From: Eledone cirrhosa
Lineage: Eukaryota
Length of the DNA stretch: 64,000 bases
NCBI GenBank assembly: GCA_964016885.1
Contig: OZ024743.1
Location: 201,500,001 to 201,564,000 of the forward strand
Direction of reading: 5' to 3'
The notes under the pieces are model-generated. The model saw only the letters and a list, made by a program, of their open reading frames with translations. It ran no database searches and was not told the DNA's origin. A program made the translations under genes and the position numbers. This document shows positions 53,590 to 64,000 of this stretch, piece after piece. Positions within the stretch are counted from its first letter, which is position 1; every line of letters starts with the position of its first letter.

Positions 53590-53880
53590 CTAGTATAATA
53601 TAATACAATGTTTCCATAGTCTAGTGTTTGTATAGCAGAATGCAGTTATAGTATCATACAATACTAGTATATTACGATACTGACATAGTGAAATACTGAC
53701 ATAGTATGAAGTAGTCATAGTGCAATGATTGCACAGTAAAATGCTAGCATAGTACAATGCTCTCATAGTGAAATGATTACATAGTGAAATGCTCTCATAG
53801 TACAATGCTTTCATAGTACATTGTTTGTATAGTAAAATGCTAGCATAGTACAATGGAGACTAGCATAATGCAATGCTGGA
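53590..53880. repeat. Degenerate tandem repeat of about 16 bp
   Basis: CATAGT(AC/GA)AATGCT.. recurring. Confidence 0.75.
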
Positions 53881-55159
53881 AGAATGTCCTGTTTGCACAT
53901 TACACAATGATGTGTCTGAAATTATTTCTGAGTTTACAAGTAATTTCAAAGAAGGGAATCATGATAGATTTATTTAGAAAGATCAATAACTGTGAAACAT
54001 GAACTAAGAATATGGATGTAAATTAAGTCAACATGAAGAACAACAAATAATGGTGTATCTATAAACAAAAATATCACTGACTGAGAATTCCACAGTGATG
54101 TGTAGCTTTAATGTAATTCTTAAGGAGATGCAGTGTGATAAAGTGTTTGACAACGTTGGCCTTTTGAATTACAGGTACAATCCACCCAAAAGGTGATCAA
54201 TCTGTTTCCTTCGACTCAATTTCCACAAAGCATGGGTGAATAAAATGTGTCTAAGATACCAAACAGTAGGATCAAACCCTATACCTACTGATTGAGAAGA
54301 GAACTTCTAAATCAGATGGTAATACTTGAGAAATATCAAAGAATGTGCAACTAATATTACATCGCTTCAAAGGAAAAGAACTAATCATCAGAGCAGACAG
54401 AGGAAACAATATTTCCATTAGATTTTTCATTACTGATGTTATCTGCCAATTGCAACTCCTAGCAGAAAAATTACACTAAAAGAACTTTAAATTTACAAAG
54501 TGGTAAAATATATGTGTCATTTGAAAACAAATCTGTTAATATTTCACTTTTTCTATAAATAAAAAATTGTTTCTACATGTTTTTCTATAAACAATAATAA
54601 AACACAATGTCAAGCTTACATAACAGCTGTTGTTTTGTTTTATATACAAAGAAAAAAGAAATATTTTCAATGATAGAAAAACAAATTTCTTTCTAATAAT
54701 TTTGAGAATATACCTTAGACTGTATTTTGTGTTTTGAGTGGGGTTTTTTTTTTTTAAGTTAGGGATATTTTTTTTATTTGCACGAGCCTCCACTTTATAA
54801 AGCAATTCCTTTTATTATTTTGTTTTATTCATTTATATGAAAATAATATATATTTCTACATTTTTTGTCTATTGAGCTGTTTATTTATTACGTTTTTGTT
54901 GCTGAGAATACCACATGTGTATACCACAGCCAATGAAATCTGCCCAGTTTTTGTTGTTTTTTTAAGCAGAATCAAGAAAGCGCTATTGTCTGTTTTATTG
55001 ATTATACAACTGGCATTATTTTCAACCGGATAAAAGCCCTACTCTTTTTTTTCTTCTTTTCAGAACACAAAAGCAAACAGACACTATATTTCTGTGTGAA
55101 CAACGGTTTTATATATATATATAAAACGGTTTTATATATATATATGAAACCATTATATA

Positions 55160-55191
<32 letters not shown>

Positions 55192-55238
55192 AATGTATAT
55201 ATATATATATATATACATATACATTTATATATGTAATA

Positions 55239-55297
<59 letters not shown>

Positions 55298-55321
55298 TTA
55301 TATATATATATATATATATAC

Positions 55322-55355
<34 letters not shown>

Positions 55356-55495
55356 TTATATATATATATACATATTTATATATATATATATACATATTTA
55401 TATATATATATATTTATATATATACACATATATATATATACAAATATATATATATGTATGTATTTATATATAGATAGATATTTATGCACTCACAC

Positions 55496-55533
<38 letters not shown>

Positions 55534-56387
55534 AAAACCCGAATACAAAGAACAATTGGTTTATAAAGTTATTGTAGATATAATTTCAAATGGAGTATTG
55601 ATTAAGTGGAACATATAGTCTATAGATTGTTTTCTAAGTTTTCTATTGATTTCGGCCAAGTTAACAATAACTTAATACAACATTGCTCACTGGTGGTAAC
55701 AATTGAAGTAAATGTTATACCTTCCATATTGTCGAGGGAGAAAGAGTGAGAGAGGTGATGAGAGAGGTAAAGAGAGAGGATGAGGGACTGAGGGAGGAGA
55801 GTGAGTAAAAAAATAAAAAATTTCCCACTAGTTTATATCAACAATAACTCTGATATAACTAGGAAAATGCATTCACATTCAGTAACATTATAGCTATAGA
55901 AATGTTTTCACACACAAAAAAATATAAATAATAATAAAAAAAAATAATAAAATGTTTAAAAAAAAACAACAAACAACAAAATAACAATACAAATGAGCAA
56001 ACAAAGACAAATACTTAATTGTTATTTGCAAATTGCCAATAACAATTCTGTCTGATATATTAGTAAATTGTATTTTAACATTAAACTCGATGGATTAGCG
56101 TTCATTTTCGATACTAACAATAGGCAATTATGAGTGTCTCTTCCTCTCAAAGTAATTTCTATTTTTCATCACAGAATTGTAAAAAGAAAGAAAGAAAAAG
56201 AAAACGAAGAGAATTTACAACAAAAAAATAAATATGTATCTCAACTTTTCTCTCATATACGTCTAGAATTGAATATATTTGTTATTTAATCTAAAATTAA
56301 TTTCCTTTTATTTCTGAGATAAATAAGGTTCAAAATCTATTTTAAATTCACTCAAGAAGGGAAGTAGTACTATTATGAAAGAAGACG

Positions 56388-56451
56388 GAGTTTCTAGTAG
56401 ACAGAGTTTCTAGAAGACAGAGTTTCTAGAAGACAGAGTTTCTAGTAGACA
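56388..56451. repeat. 16-bp tandem repeat, four copies
   Basis: GAGTTTCTAG(T/A)AGACA x4. Confidence 0.9.
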
Positions 56452-56807
56452 CTTACAGCTTAAAGATAATTTCTTATATGTCAAATATCTGTAAGATGGA
56501 TCTATGAAAGACCAATTCCCAAGACATTAAAAAACCTTTCCTGCCATATCAAGCATTAGACCAATATATATCTTCATGGTGCTGCTTTGCCATTTACCTT
56601 TTGCATATATATGCATATGCCATATCCTACCCCCGACCCTACCACGCCATATCCTCACTCCGTCCCTACCACGCCATATCCTGACTAGGGTTAAACATTT
56701 TCCTATCACCCACTCTACTATCCCAACTATTGAGTACTCTAGTGCGTTATGGTCCTTCTGGTTCCTTACGACCCCCCCTTTGTTATATATATATATATAT
56801 ATATATA

Positions 56808-56972
56808 CTGTAAATGTGGTTGGTGTTAGGAAGGGCATCCAGCCATAGAAAACCTGCCAGATAGTCCTATATGAGCGAGACACGGTCACCCGACCAATCT
56901 TACCTCAGGTGGGACAACTCCCATCTAGCCCATGCTAGTGTGGAAGATAGACGTTAAACGATGATGATGATG
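56808..56972 (+). mobile_element. RTE-type 3' UTR fragment
   Basis: GGTTGGTGTTAGGAAGGGCATCC...ACGTTAAACGATGATG. Confidence 0.8.
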
Positions 56973-56992
56973 CATATATATACATACATATA

Positions 56993-57337
56993 TCATCATC
57001 ATCATCATCATCATTATACGTCCGCTTTTTCCCTGCTTGCAAGGGTGGGACGGGAACTGATTCTGGCTTGATTTCTACAGCTGGATGGCCTTCCTGACAC
57101 CAACCTCATTTACAGTGAGTGCTGGGTGCTTTTTTGCTGTGGCACCTCCATGATCACTTTGCAGTGGAATGATATGGACCCCAGTCCCTATCATCTCATT
57201 TCTACAGCTGCGTAAACTGGAGCAATGTGAAATAAAGTGTCTTGCTCAAGGAAACAACACATCACCCGGTCTGAGAATTGAACTCACAACCTTTCGACTG
57301 CAAGGCCAATGCTCTAACAACTAAGCCATGTGCCTCC
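56993..57337 (-). mobile_element. Full-length CORE-type SINE
   Basis: As 25337-25678. Confidence 0.9.
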
Positions 57338-57346
57338 ATATATATA

Positions 57347-57724
57347 TTTTTCAACTTTCTAAAGGTTTAGCTCCCATGCCCTTATCTTTTTCCAATTAAA
57401 AAAAAAACCAATCTATGCAAAATTTTAGCTCAAGCAGACAATGGCAAGGCGACCCTCATCCACTGTGAAATGTTTAAGTTTTCGCCCTCATAGTCATTTT
57501 TTCAGATAAAAATTCTTCATCTCTTATATAATTTTCTCTTAAATTAAAACCTTGTTCAGACTTATTCTTGGTATTAGAAGGATAAGTGACGATAAACATA
57601 ATGGGGAAGCAACTTGCAAAGCTAGGGACAGAGCACAGGTATAGGGCAAAACACGTATTTTTTGCTGTGTCAGCAGCAAAATTTTAACTTTCGGAAAATT
57701 ACCAATTGCTAAGGGCCACCCTAA
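57347..57724. mobile_element. Non-autonomous hAT(m)-like DNA transposon remnant
   Basis: Ends ..GGAAAATTACC..TAAGGGCCACCCTAA like 61930-61985. The left part is the reverse complement of 61840-61935. Confidence 0.6.
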
Positions 57725-57817
57725 TATACATATACCCATATGTGGTTGACAGCTGAGAAAAATGAGTATTTGGTATTGAGTAATATATAAATACTCACTC
57801 AGATGGTGGATGGGTGC

Positions 57818-58100
57818 TACACAAGAATTCAGAGGATGGCTCTGAACATTAATCAGTATACACTGAGGATGAAGAACTCAGAGCTGTACGGGACCCTTCC
57901 AAAAGTCAGCTCGAAAGTAGCACAGCGGAGACTGAGGTTAGCTGGACATGCTCACTGACATCCTGAGTTGACACTGCACTCAGTGCTCCTGTTGGAGCCC
58001 CTACATGGACACACAAGAGAGAGACCGAGGTTGACTTATGTTGAAGCCCTAAGGGCAGATACAGGACATGGCAGCGATGATGAGGGACAGAGACGGTTGG
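57818..58100 (+). mobile_element. RTE-like LINE fragment, distinct family
   Basis: DGCYTRIQRMALNI..ELYGTLPKVSSKVAQRRLRLAGH..RPRLTYVEALRADTG. Confidence 0.8.
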
Positions 58101-58136
58101 AGAGAACTCATCCATGGACCTCAGGAATTTTACCTG

Positions 58137-58180
<44 letters not shown>

Positions 58181-58182
<2 letters not shown>

Positions 58183-58300
58183 GGTGGAGATGACGAGGGA
58201 CCGTGACGAGTGGAGAGATGCTGTGCTGAATAAGACCCGTCCCACCCTTGCAAGCAGGGAAAAGCGGACGTAAAATGATGATGATGATGATGATGATGAT
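58181..58300 (+). mobile_element. RTE-2 extreme 3' fragment
   Basis: VEMTRDRDEWRDAVLNKTRPTLASREKRT* plus (GAT)n. Confidence 0.8.
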
Positions 58301-58317
58301 GTGTATATATATATGAT

Positions 58318-58732
58318 CATCATCATCATCATCACCGTTTTATGTCTGTTCTTCCACGCTAGCATGGGTTAGACGGGCTGTCCCATTGTGGGCAGTGTCC
58401 GGTGGGCTGACCTCGTCTTGCTCATACAGGAACTGATTTTGGCTTGATTTCTACAGCCGGATGCCCTTCCTAACACCAACCTCATTTACAGTGAGTGCTG
58501 GGTGCTTTCTTTTCCATGGCACCTACACGTCCACTTTGCAGTGTGGGCTGGGTACTTTTTTGCTGTGGCACCTCCACGACCACTTTGCAGTGTAATGATA
58601 GGGACCCCAGTCCTATCATCTCATTTCTACAGCTAAGTAGACTGGAGCAATGTGAAATAAAGTGTCTGAGAATTGAACTCACAACCTTTCGATTGCAAGC
58701 CCAATGCTCTAACCACTAAGCCATGCGCCTTC
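58318..58732 (-). mobile_element. CORE-type SINE with an alternative RTE-type tail
   Basis: Head and core as in the other copies. The 3' end is CCCATGCTAGCGTGGAAG..(GAT)n. Confidence 0.8.
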
Positions 58733-58845
58733 ATATGCACATTTATATATATATATATATGTATGTGTGTGTCTGATGGTAGATAAGATGCTTCCATAGG
58801 TGGTATGCTGGTTGAGCACTCTATGCTCTTACAGAGCAGAGTATG

Positions 58846-58933
58846 ATAGAATAGAAAACGAAAAATCAGTGATGCATCTGAACTCAATTTATTGAGTTCA
58901 GATGCATCACTGATTTTTCGTTTTCTATTCTAT
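58846..58933. repeat. Perfect hairpin, 43-bp arms, 2-nt loop
   Basis: ATAGAATAGAAAACG..GAACTCAAT TT ATTGAGTTC..CGTTTTCTATTCTAT. Confidence 0.95.
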
Positions 58934-58954
58934 ATATATTCTATATATATATCA

Positions 58955-59798
58955 TAAAGTATGTCCATAGAACCATTTCCTCTCCCAATTAGCATAATTA
59001 ACCACATAAAAAATCAATTAAACCAGGCTATAAGATTAAAAGGCTCCTATGAAGAAATATTTGATAAATAAATGACAGCAGCCTCTTCGCAGCCGACCGC
59101 AATAGAATATTTACCCAACATTTCAACAGCACGTGGAAATCGACTAAATATACCGTCAACCATACACAATTAGGTATAAAATTAAAGTTAAAAGAAATGC
59201 GTACACTCTTACCAAGATTTTGTCTATACCCTCGGGTTTCGTTTGCGTTTTGAGATATCCTATTAAGGATAAAATATCGAGTTTCGAACTCATCAGGAAA
59301 CAAACTCATAGGACATGTAATTTTCCAAAGCGATCCCCACCAGAAACAGATTCAAAATGGCTAAGAATTGCAAACGAAACCAAAGGGTAGAGACATAATC
59401 CTGGTAAGAGTGTACGCATTTCTTCTACCTTTAATTTTATACCTAATTGTGTATGGTTGACGGTATATTTAGTCGATTTCCACGTGCTGTTGAAATGTTG
59501 GGTAAATATTCTATTGCGGACGGCCGCGAAGAGGCTGCTGTCGTTTATTTATCAAATATTTCTTCATAGGAGCCTTTTAATCTTATAGTCTGGTTTAATT
59601 GATTTTTTACGTGGTTAATTATGCTAATTGGGAGAGGAAATGGTGTATATATATTATCAAATGATTCTATGGACATACTTTATGATATATTGGTCTGATT
59701 ATTTAATTTATTAATTCTTCATTGAGCCACATCGTGAATCGTTGCCAAAACATATATATCTGTGACTTTGTTTAGTTTGTGTATATGTAAACCTTTAT
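58955..59798. mobile_element. Family F fold-back copy
   Basis: About 58975-59245 is inverted at about 59370-59642. Homologous to 383-1440. Confidence 0.8.
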
Positions 59799-59805
59799 AT
59801 ATATA

Positions 59806-60140
59806 TGGCTTAGTGGTTAGAGCATTGGCCTTGCCATCGAAAGATTGTGAGTTCAATTCTCAGACCGGGTGATGTGTTGTTTCCTTGAGCAAGACACTTT
59901 ATTTCACATTGCTCCAGTTTACTCAGCTGTAGAAATGAGATGATAGGGACTGGGTTCCCTATCATTCCACTGCAAAGTGGTCGTGGAGGTGCCACGGCAA
60001 AAAAAGCACCCAGCACTCACTGTAAATGAGGTTGGTGTTAGGAAGGGCATCCAGCTGTAGAAATCAAGCCAGAATCAGTTCCTGTCCCACCCTTGCAAGC
60101 AGGGAAAAAGCGGACGTAAAATGAAATGAAAATGAATATG
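59806..60140 (+). mobile_element. CORE-type SINE
   Basis: As 36850-37198. Confidence 0.9.
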
Positions 60141-60160
60141 AAATGAAATATATATATATA

Positions 60161-60210
<50 letters not shown>

Positions 60211-60260
60211 AGGATGAATATAAAATGAAAGTGCTTTTGTTAAAAAAGGAATTTATTAGG

Positions 60261-60378
60261 TATTGACATATGTTTCTGTAACAGACCGAATACCTATGTA
60301 TCGCTGCTTGCGTAATCATATAATGTTAGCAAGTATTCGATAGCAAATGTATAATCAGTTGTCACTTCTTCAGAGATT
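60261..60378 (-). ncRNA. Hammerhead motif with long stem II, palindromic stem III and GUC site; stem I decayed
   Basis: Minus strand: CTGAAGA A-GTGACA-ACTGA..TATCG..CTTGC..GCAAG..CGATA..TCGGT-C-TGTTAC-A GAA ACATATGT C. Confidence 0.7.
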
Positions 60379-60414
60379 TTGGATAAACTATATATATATA
60401 GATTTTGGATAAAC

Positions 60415-60455
<41 letters not shown>

Positions 60456-60465
60456 CGAGAGAGAA

Positions 60466-60566
60466 TATATACAAATACAATGAGAAAAGGGGAGCAAGGA
60501 GAAATATGAAAGCAAGGATATTTCATATTTCTCCTTGCTCCCCTTTTCTCATTGTATTTGTATATA
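60466..60566. repeat. Perfect inverted repeat, 46-bp arms, 9-nt loop, followed by GGAGAGCAA-rich repeats to about 60847
   Basis: TATATACAAATAC..ATATGAAA gcaaggata TTTCATAT..GTATTTGTATATA. Confidence 0.9.
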
Positions 60567-60849
60567 AACAAGTACATAGATAGGAGAAAGGGAAAGCAAG
60601 GATAAAAGGAGAGCAATGAGAAAGGGAGAGAAAATAGAGCAATGGGAAAAGGAGAGCAGGGAGAGCAACGATAAAAGGAGAGTAAAGAGAGCAATGAGAA
60701 AAGGAGAGAATGGAGAGCAAGGAGAGCAAGGATAAAACAAGAACAAGGAGAGCAATGAGAAAAGAAGAGCAAGGAGAGGAATAGAGCAAGGAGAGCAGTA
60801 GAGCAAGGAGAGCAATGAGAAAAGGCGCGCAAGGAGAGCAAGGAGAGTT

Positions 60850-61985
60850 AAGAATATTGCTCAAGTTATGCTGGAAGCAGACAAAGGTGAAGAAGAGGAA
60901 GAAGAAAAAAATCAACTGAAGAGGTACATTCTGCACCAAAATGACTTTACAAACATCTTTTGTAACTCCTGGTACAAAAACTTTCTTCACAAGATTTTCT
61001 TTCAGTACTGATTTCCTGGACAAAAACCCTTCAACATGGAAGTATGATTCTATTTACAAAAGTGGACTTGAAAAACTTGAGAAGACAGTTGTTGTGAATG
61101 ATGTTGCAAAAAGAGGTGCCAAACTCATTCAGGATTACAATAACATTCTCACAAAAGATGATATTGAGAAACTATTTGTTTTACAGATCCTTACCGAAAA
61201 CCGTAAAACATACCCAACTACCACTAAATAATCTCTTATGCAAAAATAATTGTTTCTACTATTGGCACGAGGCCAGCAATTATCACAGTGCATTACTGGT
61301 ACTTTATTTTATCGACCCCGTAAGGATGAAAAGCAAAGTTACCCTCGGCGGGATTTGAACTCAGACCCTAAAGGGACATAACTATGCTAGAAAGCATGGC
61401 GTCCAACCCTCTACCGATACTGCCAATTCAAATAATTGTTTCTACTTTTGGCACAAGGTCAGCAATTACCCAGTGTATTACTGGTACATTATTTTATTGA
61501 CCCCGTAAGGATGAAAGGCAAAGTTAACCTCGGCGGGATTTGCCAATTCAAATAATGTTCAATATTCAGTTTTCAGTGTTCGCATTATATTTTTGATTCT
61601 ATAGTAATTGTGTGCTTTATTAAGAAAACCTAATATTTCTTAAGTTTTTCCTGTTATTTCAGGAATTTTTCAAATTAACGATTGGTAAATTTGATTCAGA
61701 ACGTTTTTAAACATTTGCTGGGGTTGCCTGGATGTGTCCACATAAATTTCACTAAGAAGAAAAAATAAATGGTTCAAATAGGGAACAGTATATCGCTTTT
61801 GAACAGAATTAATCGTTGCATATACTATGTTCCAAATTCAAGGCGGTTGAGGATCACCTAACAGTTGTCCGATTGAGCTGAAATTTTTGAAACTCTGTGA
61901 TTTTGTTGATGGAAACAGAATTAGGGCATGGGAGCAGCAACATTTTAAATTTCGGAAAATTACCTATTGTTAAGGGCCACCCTAA
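60850..61985 (+). mobile_element. hAT(m)-like DNA transposon 3' portion: transposase C-terminus (60941-61231) and right end
   Basis: FVTPGTKTFF..FLDKNPSTW..VVNDVAKRGAKLIQDYNNILTKD resembles the VVNDxAERGVKL motif. The terminus reads GGGCCACCCTAA. Confidence 0.7.
61245..61552 (-). mobile_element. Deu/Nin-type SINE plus a tandem internally deleted duplicate, nested in the transposon
   Basis: Matches 49345-49560. The unit restarts at CAAATAATTGTTTCTACT (about 61429). Confidence 0.8.
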
Positions 61986-62139
61986 TATATATATATATAT
62001 ATATATGCAGAGGTTATATTTAATTTGTTGGGATCAACAAGCTTAAACATTTTTATAACTGATATAAAGCACTCAACAAATTAGTGGAGTAAATATTCAA
62101 TATATTAATAAATGGAAACTATATTTATAAAACCATAAT

Positions 62140-62205
62140 TATTTTATTATATATATTTCAAGGGCAACCGAGGCGAATTTTGGTGCACTTTCATCAGATA
62201 AAATA
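62140..62205 (-). ncRNA. Type I hammerhead ribozyme motif (family A)
   Basis: Minus strand: TATTTTAT CTGATGA AAGTGCACCA..CGGTTGCCCTT GAA ATATATAT A ATAAAATA. Confidence 0.8.
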
Positions 62206-62286
62206 CAAATTTGTTTTATATCCAGCGAACCTCAATCGTTAAGGTTGTCTTTTTGCGGGTATGTCAATATTTATAAAACAAATTTG

Positions 62287-62352
62287 TATTTTATCTGATG
62301 AAAGCGCACCAAAATTCGCCTTGGTTGCTCTTGAAATATATATAATAAAATA
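62287..62352 (+). ncRNA. Type I hammerhead ribozyme motif (family A)
   Basis: TATTTTAT CTGATGA AAGCGCACCA..TGGTTGCTCTT GAA ATATATAT A ATAAAATA. Confidence 0.8.
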
Positions 62353-62411
62353 ATTATGGTTTTATAAATATAGTTTCCATTTATTAATATATTGAATATA
62401 TATATATATAT

Positions 62412-62610
62412 ATGGCTGATTGGTTAGAGAACTGGATTCGCAATCAAGAGGTTGTCAGTTCGATTCCTGGACTCGGTGATGCGTTATGTCCTTGAGCAAG
62501 ACACTTTATTTCATGTTGTTCCTTCTACCTGGAGTTGCGACCGATAGATAGTATTAGCAATTGGAAAGACTAATGGAAGCATTGTTTCCTCGGTCCGATT
62601 TGATGTAAGT
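62412..62610 (+). mobile_element. CORE-type SINE, second subfamily
   Basis: Homologous to 47362-47560. Confidence 0.75.
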
Positions 62611-62978
62611 CGATCGAGAAATTTTTTAATTTAATTTTTATATATATACAGGACGAGAGAGTTATAGACACAGATGCATAGATAAATAGAGATAGATAGA
62701 TACACACACATGCATATATATGCATACACACACATGCATATATATATATGCATACACACACAAATATATAGGTGTCTATGTAAATATGTATAATTGAATG
62801 AAACTGTGAATGGTGGCAGATAGAAACCAAAACTGTTGATGGTAAAGTATTTTCTCAAACATAGACATTGTCAGAGGAAGAATTTACCTTCACTTTATAT
62901 GATGGAGTAGGTGTAATGATAGTGGAAACTGTTTAACCATTATTGAGTGTATGACAGTTGGGTGGGAGCCTATATCTG

Positions 62979-63035
<57 letters not shown>

Positions 63036-63115
63036 TTATATCTATCTATCTCTCTCTCTCTATATATATATATATGTGTGTGTGTATGTGTGTATATATA
63101 TATATACATACATAT

Positions 63116-63190
<75 letters not shown>

Positions 63191-63241
63191 GTATATACAT
63201 ATATATATATGTATGCAAGTATATGTATGTATATACATATA

Positions 63242-63290
<49 letters not shown>

Positions 63291-63368
63291 GTATATACAT
63301 ACATATACATACACATATATATATATACATATACATATACATACACAAGCACACACACGCACACACAC

Positions 63369-63418
<50 letters not shown>

Positions 63419-64000
63419 GCTACTACGATGATTAATTTGTGACAAAGAAAGAGAAGGGTTGAGATCTGAGTTTAGTGTTTGAATGAAAATAAACAAAGTT
63501 ATAGCAACAATGTTTGAATATATATTGAAAATCAGAAAGGACTCTTTTGTGTGAACTTATTTGTGCATACTTTAAAGCAGATTTGTTTTTTCAGATGTGG
63601 GGTTGGGGGAGGTGGGGAGAGATAAACTGTTGATGAAATCTCAAAGACAAGTTTAGATAGTCTGTTAAATGTTCGCCATGACTTTTGCTAATCACTAAAC
63701 ATTAGATGGTGTCAGAGAGAAAATTTAAAAGCTTGTGCAGTCCATGACAGAAATTATTCCAATGTCAATTAAAAACTGCACAAAAACCGGTAAAGTTCTC
63801 CATCAATAAATCTTCCTTTCCTTCTATTTCTCTCTCCCTCTTCTTCATCTATTTATTTATTTATTTCATTTTCTTTCTGATGAAAATGGTTGGTTCTTAA
63901 CACTTTTATATAAGAGAAGCATTTTATCTGGCATGAGAATATGTCCAACTTTTGCAGGGTGAACAATTAGCAGACTAATTGATAAAGAGCTTTATTGATA

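Larger units (their letters stand above)
62008..62398. mobile_element. Family A head-to-head fold-back element in (TA)n
   Basis: 62093-62220 is inverted at 62272-62398. Confidence 0.9.

Overview
AT-rich, microsatellite-saturated animal DNA with no recognisable host gene. The SINE and LINE types suggest an octopod cephalopod, but that is an inference. Nearly all ORF-track entries are simple-repeat artefacts. Real coding sequence is limited to decayed transposons: RTE-clade LINEs (one near-complete copy at about 21.4-24.9 kb), an R4/Dong-like restriction-endonuclease LINE (38.6-41.4 kb) and a hAT(m)-like transposase fragment. Non-coding elements include tRNA-derived CORE-type and Deu/Nin-type SINEs, a non-autonomous Helitron, piggyBac-type MITEs and a 4.6-kb compound minisatellite. 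The main hidden signal lies in short non-coding islands embedded in (TA)n tracts. These carry type I hammerhead ribozyme motifs (stem I - CUGANGA - stem II - GAAA - stem III - UH - stem I'): about 13 complete or near-complete copies plus several degenerate or half copies, from at least 7 dissimilar sequence families. Many have palindromic stem III and two have very long stem II. They often sit in divergent head-to-head fold-backs, a pattern expected of Penelope-like or retrozyme-like elements. No Penelope RT is present in the window. All folds were derived by eye, and coordinates of decayed repeats are approximate.
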